A stretch of 64,000 nucleotides of DNA from Thecamonas trahens ATCC 50062 (lineage: Eukaryota > Protista > Apusomonadida). The stretch lies in assembly GCF_000142905.1 (NCBI RefSeq), contig NW_013657643.1, forward strand, positions 80,054 through 144,053, given 5' to 3'. How positions within the stretch are numbered: position 1 is the first letter of the stretch; each line of letters opens with the position of its first letter. Made by a program: the position numbers and the translations under genes. This document shows positions 61,630 through 64,000 of this stretch, piece after piece. Under the pieces are notes generated by a model, which saw nothing but the letters and a program-made list of their open reading frames with translations, made no database searches and was not told where the DNA came from.

Positions 61630-62106
61630 TCAGTCGGTCTTGTTAAGCCGCTTCTTCTTGGCGCTTCGCACCGCACCCTTGAGCTTGTCGGCCTTGGCCC
61701 GCGCCTTGGCCGCCGCCTTCTCAGCCTTGGCCCGAATCTTGGCCAGCTTCTTCCCGGCCTTGATCTGCTCTTTGGTCAGCGCCAAACCGCACTCGCTGCA
61801 CCGCACCACGCCGCCACCGTCCTTGCTGCTACGCACATGCTCGCAGCTCTCGACATCGGCGCATCGCGCGCAGTGCAGCGCCAGCGCCACCGCGTGCCCG
61901 CACTCGCCGCCGGCCAGCGCGCCCTGCTGATCCTCCCGCGGCCGGCACGGGCACGCGCCATGACGAGCTCGCCCAGCGTTGGTCCGGCAGAACCCGACTG
62001 TTCCCTCGCCGCCGCCCTCACCACCGTCATCGCCACCACTCGCCACACTCCGCTGCACCAGTCCGTCCCGCGCCTCCATCCCTGATCCGCTCCCTGCCGC
62101 AGCCAT
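61630..62106 (-). CDS. Small basic protein with Cys/His zinc-finger-like region
   Basis: ECGH...HCARC...CEH...RCSECG followed by a Lys/Ala-rich tail. Start uncertain. Confidence 0.5.
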   Translation of the reverse strand: MAAAGSGSGMEARDGLVQRSVASGGDDGGEGGGEGTVGFCRTNAGRARHGACPCRPREDQQGALAGGECGHAVALALHCARCADVESCEHVRSSKDGGGVVRCSECGLALTKEQIKAGKKLAKIRAKAEKAAAKARAKADKLKGAVRSAKKKRLNKTD

Positions 62107-62222
62107 CGGTCCGCTGTCCACCACTCCGCCGCCACCACCGCCCCACCCCCCCGTGCGGGCCTCTCTCACCCAAGTAAGACAATGGCCCACCTGCCGACAA
62201 CGCCACGTACTGCCCCCCATCC

Positions 62223-62322
62223 NNNNNNNNNNNNNNNNNNNNNNNNNNNNNNNNNNNNNNNNNNNNNNNNNNNNNNNNNNNNNNNNNNNNNNNNNNNNNN
62301 NNNNNNNNNNNNNNNNNNNNNN
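62223..62322. other. Assembly gap
   Basis: N run. Confidence 1.
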
Positions 62323-62380
62323 ACGCCCGCCGACCTCCCTCCCCCCTCCCCCCCCCCCCCCCCCCCCCCCCCAACCCCAC

Positions 62381-64000
62381 ATGCCCCCCTCCTCCCCCTC
62401 CTCCACTCCCTCCTCCCTCTCGTTCTCCTCAGACAGCCGCACCCACTCCCGCTCCAGCTCTCCCTCAAACGACCTGGCTGTCTCGGCCTCGGGCATCCGC
62501 CTGTTGGTTATTCGCGACGCAGACGACGACAACGACGACAACGACGACCGCAGTGGCACAGAGCCATCATCGAGTGGCGCGAGTGGTCATGACGAGGCGC
62601 CGGCGGACGATTGCAGTAGTCGAGCCATCCCCGCAGGGCTGGCTGACTCGGCACATCTGCTCGTCGACGACGATGGGTCGGATGCAGGCTCGCCCGACTA
62701 CTCGTACGCCACAGAGGAGCTGCTGCTGCCGTACCACATCCCGCCGTTGGAGGACTGTCGCCAGCTGGACTCGACGTCCTCAACTTTGGCGTCCGAGCCG
62801 GACTCGGAGCCCATCGACACTCGAAAGCTGAGCGATCTCGCGAGACTGGCTCGCGGTAGCGGCGAGAGCAAACCCGCGCTTGACAGCGCTGTCGATCGCC
62901 CGCTGCCCGGACCTGACGGCCTTGCCCGCCGCGACGACAACTTTGCCCATCCGTCGTCGTTCGACGGCTTTGGCTCGCGGGTCACCGCCAACTCGACTAC
63001 AACCGCCTCGCAGCGGAGCGGCGCTATCGCCTCGGGCCGCCGCACTGTCTCCTTCCGCGACCGGAACCAAGACAAGCTCGGGACCGGAACCGGAAGCGGG
63101 GCCAACACCAGGAGCGACTTGGTATCTAGCGCTGCCGCCGGCTCTGACGGCAGAGCGCCGGCCCAAGACGAGCAGATCGAGCCGCTGACCTGGACTGGCC
63201 AACTGGAGCGCATCATCGACTCGACCTGGTTTGCGGTTGTCATCGGCTTTATCACCCTCTTTGTCCTTTTTGTCGACGACATCTCAGTCCTCGCCGGTGT
63301 GTCGGATCCCGAGCACGGTGGCCTCGGCTACGCGCTACTAGTCATCAAGGTGGTGACCTTTGTCATCTTCCTCACCGAGCTCGCGGTCTCGTCCGTGGTC
63401 AAGGACGCATACTTTGCATCGTTTTTCTTCTGGCTCGATGTGGTGACCCTCGTCTCGTTTGTTCCGGACCTCGTCCTCCTTTTGTGGGTGTTGACCTCTT
63501 GCTCGCACTCGGAGTCCTCTCAGTGGCCCGCGCCGGCCGTGCCGCGCGAGCTGCGGCCCGGACCCTGTCCTCTTCCGGGTCATGAAAGTGCTCAAGCTCT
63601 CGCACAAGCAGACGGTTAGCGCGTCGATCGACAAGCTCGAAGACCACGCGACTATGTACGACGCTGCCGAGTCGAGTCGACCCGGCGGCATTGTTCTCCG
63701 CGCCATGACTAACAAGGTCACTGCCCTCGTCCTCATTGTCTACATTTCAACTGCCATGTTCCAGACCGACCCTGACTGGTCGCAACACTCGCTCTCGGCT
63801 CTGATGACGCTCGAGGCCGGGTCCGCGGCGGTGGGCTCACCGGCTGCACTCCTGCCAGCCTTCCTTCACCCCTACACTGCGCGCGTCAAGGTAGTCCGCC
63901 TCTTTGTCAACGGCGTGCTGCAGCTTGATGGCCATGTTCCACTGCGGCGCGACTTTCGGACCACCATCTCCACCCCGTCGCAGGCCTCATCGATTCTGCT
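62381..64000 (+). CDS. Voltage-sensor-like (S1-S4) domain membrane protein, partial, with two apparent frameshifts (~63482, ~63570)
   Basis: S1 WFAVVIGFITLFVLFVDDI; S2 VVTFVIFLTELAVSS; S3 YFASFFFWLDVVTLVSFVPD. After the shifts come S4 VARAGRAARAAARTL..LFRVMKVLK and then SRPGGIVLRAMTNKVTALVLIV. The frame stays open to the window end. Confidence 0.75.

Overview
GC-rich, gene-dense, intron-poor eukaryotic DNA from a draft assembly with four N-gaps. TTC25/ODAD4 points to a flagellated protist; the gene style is reminiscent of an apusomonad such as Thecamonas, but that is inference only. About 18 protein genes are supported: a signal-peptide JmjC oxygenase; fumarase with a separate mitochondrial-presequence exon; a bacterial-type haloalkane dehalogenase; a secreted glutathione peroxidase; two giant minus-strand LRR + tandem-repeat proteins (~5,700-6,000 aa and ~3,100 aa); a Ste20 kinase; two small Cys-rich proteins; an Ig/PKD-like surface protein; a CYTH-like enzyme; a Sushi-repeat multipass membrane protein; an MRH + ependymin-like protein; Rpn10; TTC25; an RS-rich protein; a NEF1-like polytopic membrane protein; and a voltage-sensor-domain protein running off the right edge. 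The best-supported hidden signal is the peroxidase, which the ORF track splits into three pieces. It is a two-exon selenoprotein with an in-frame UGA at the catalytic site (6478-6480), a type-II SECIS in the 3'UTR (7068-7148), a signal peptide and the tetramer loops typical of animal GPx1/GPx3. About 13 single-base frameshifts, nearly all at homopolymers, break otherwise intact genes and are most likely sequencing errors.
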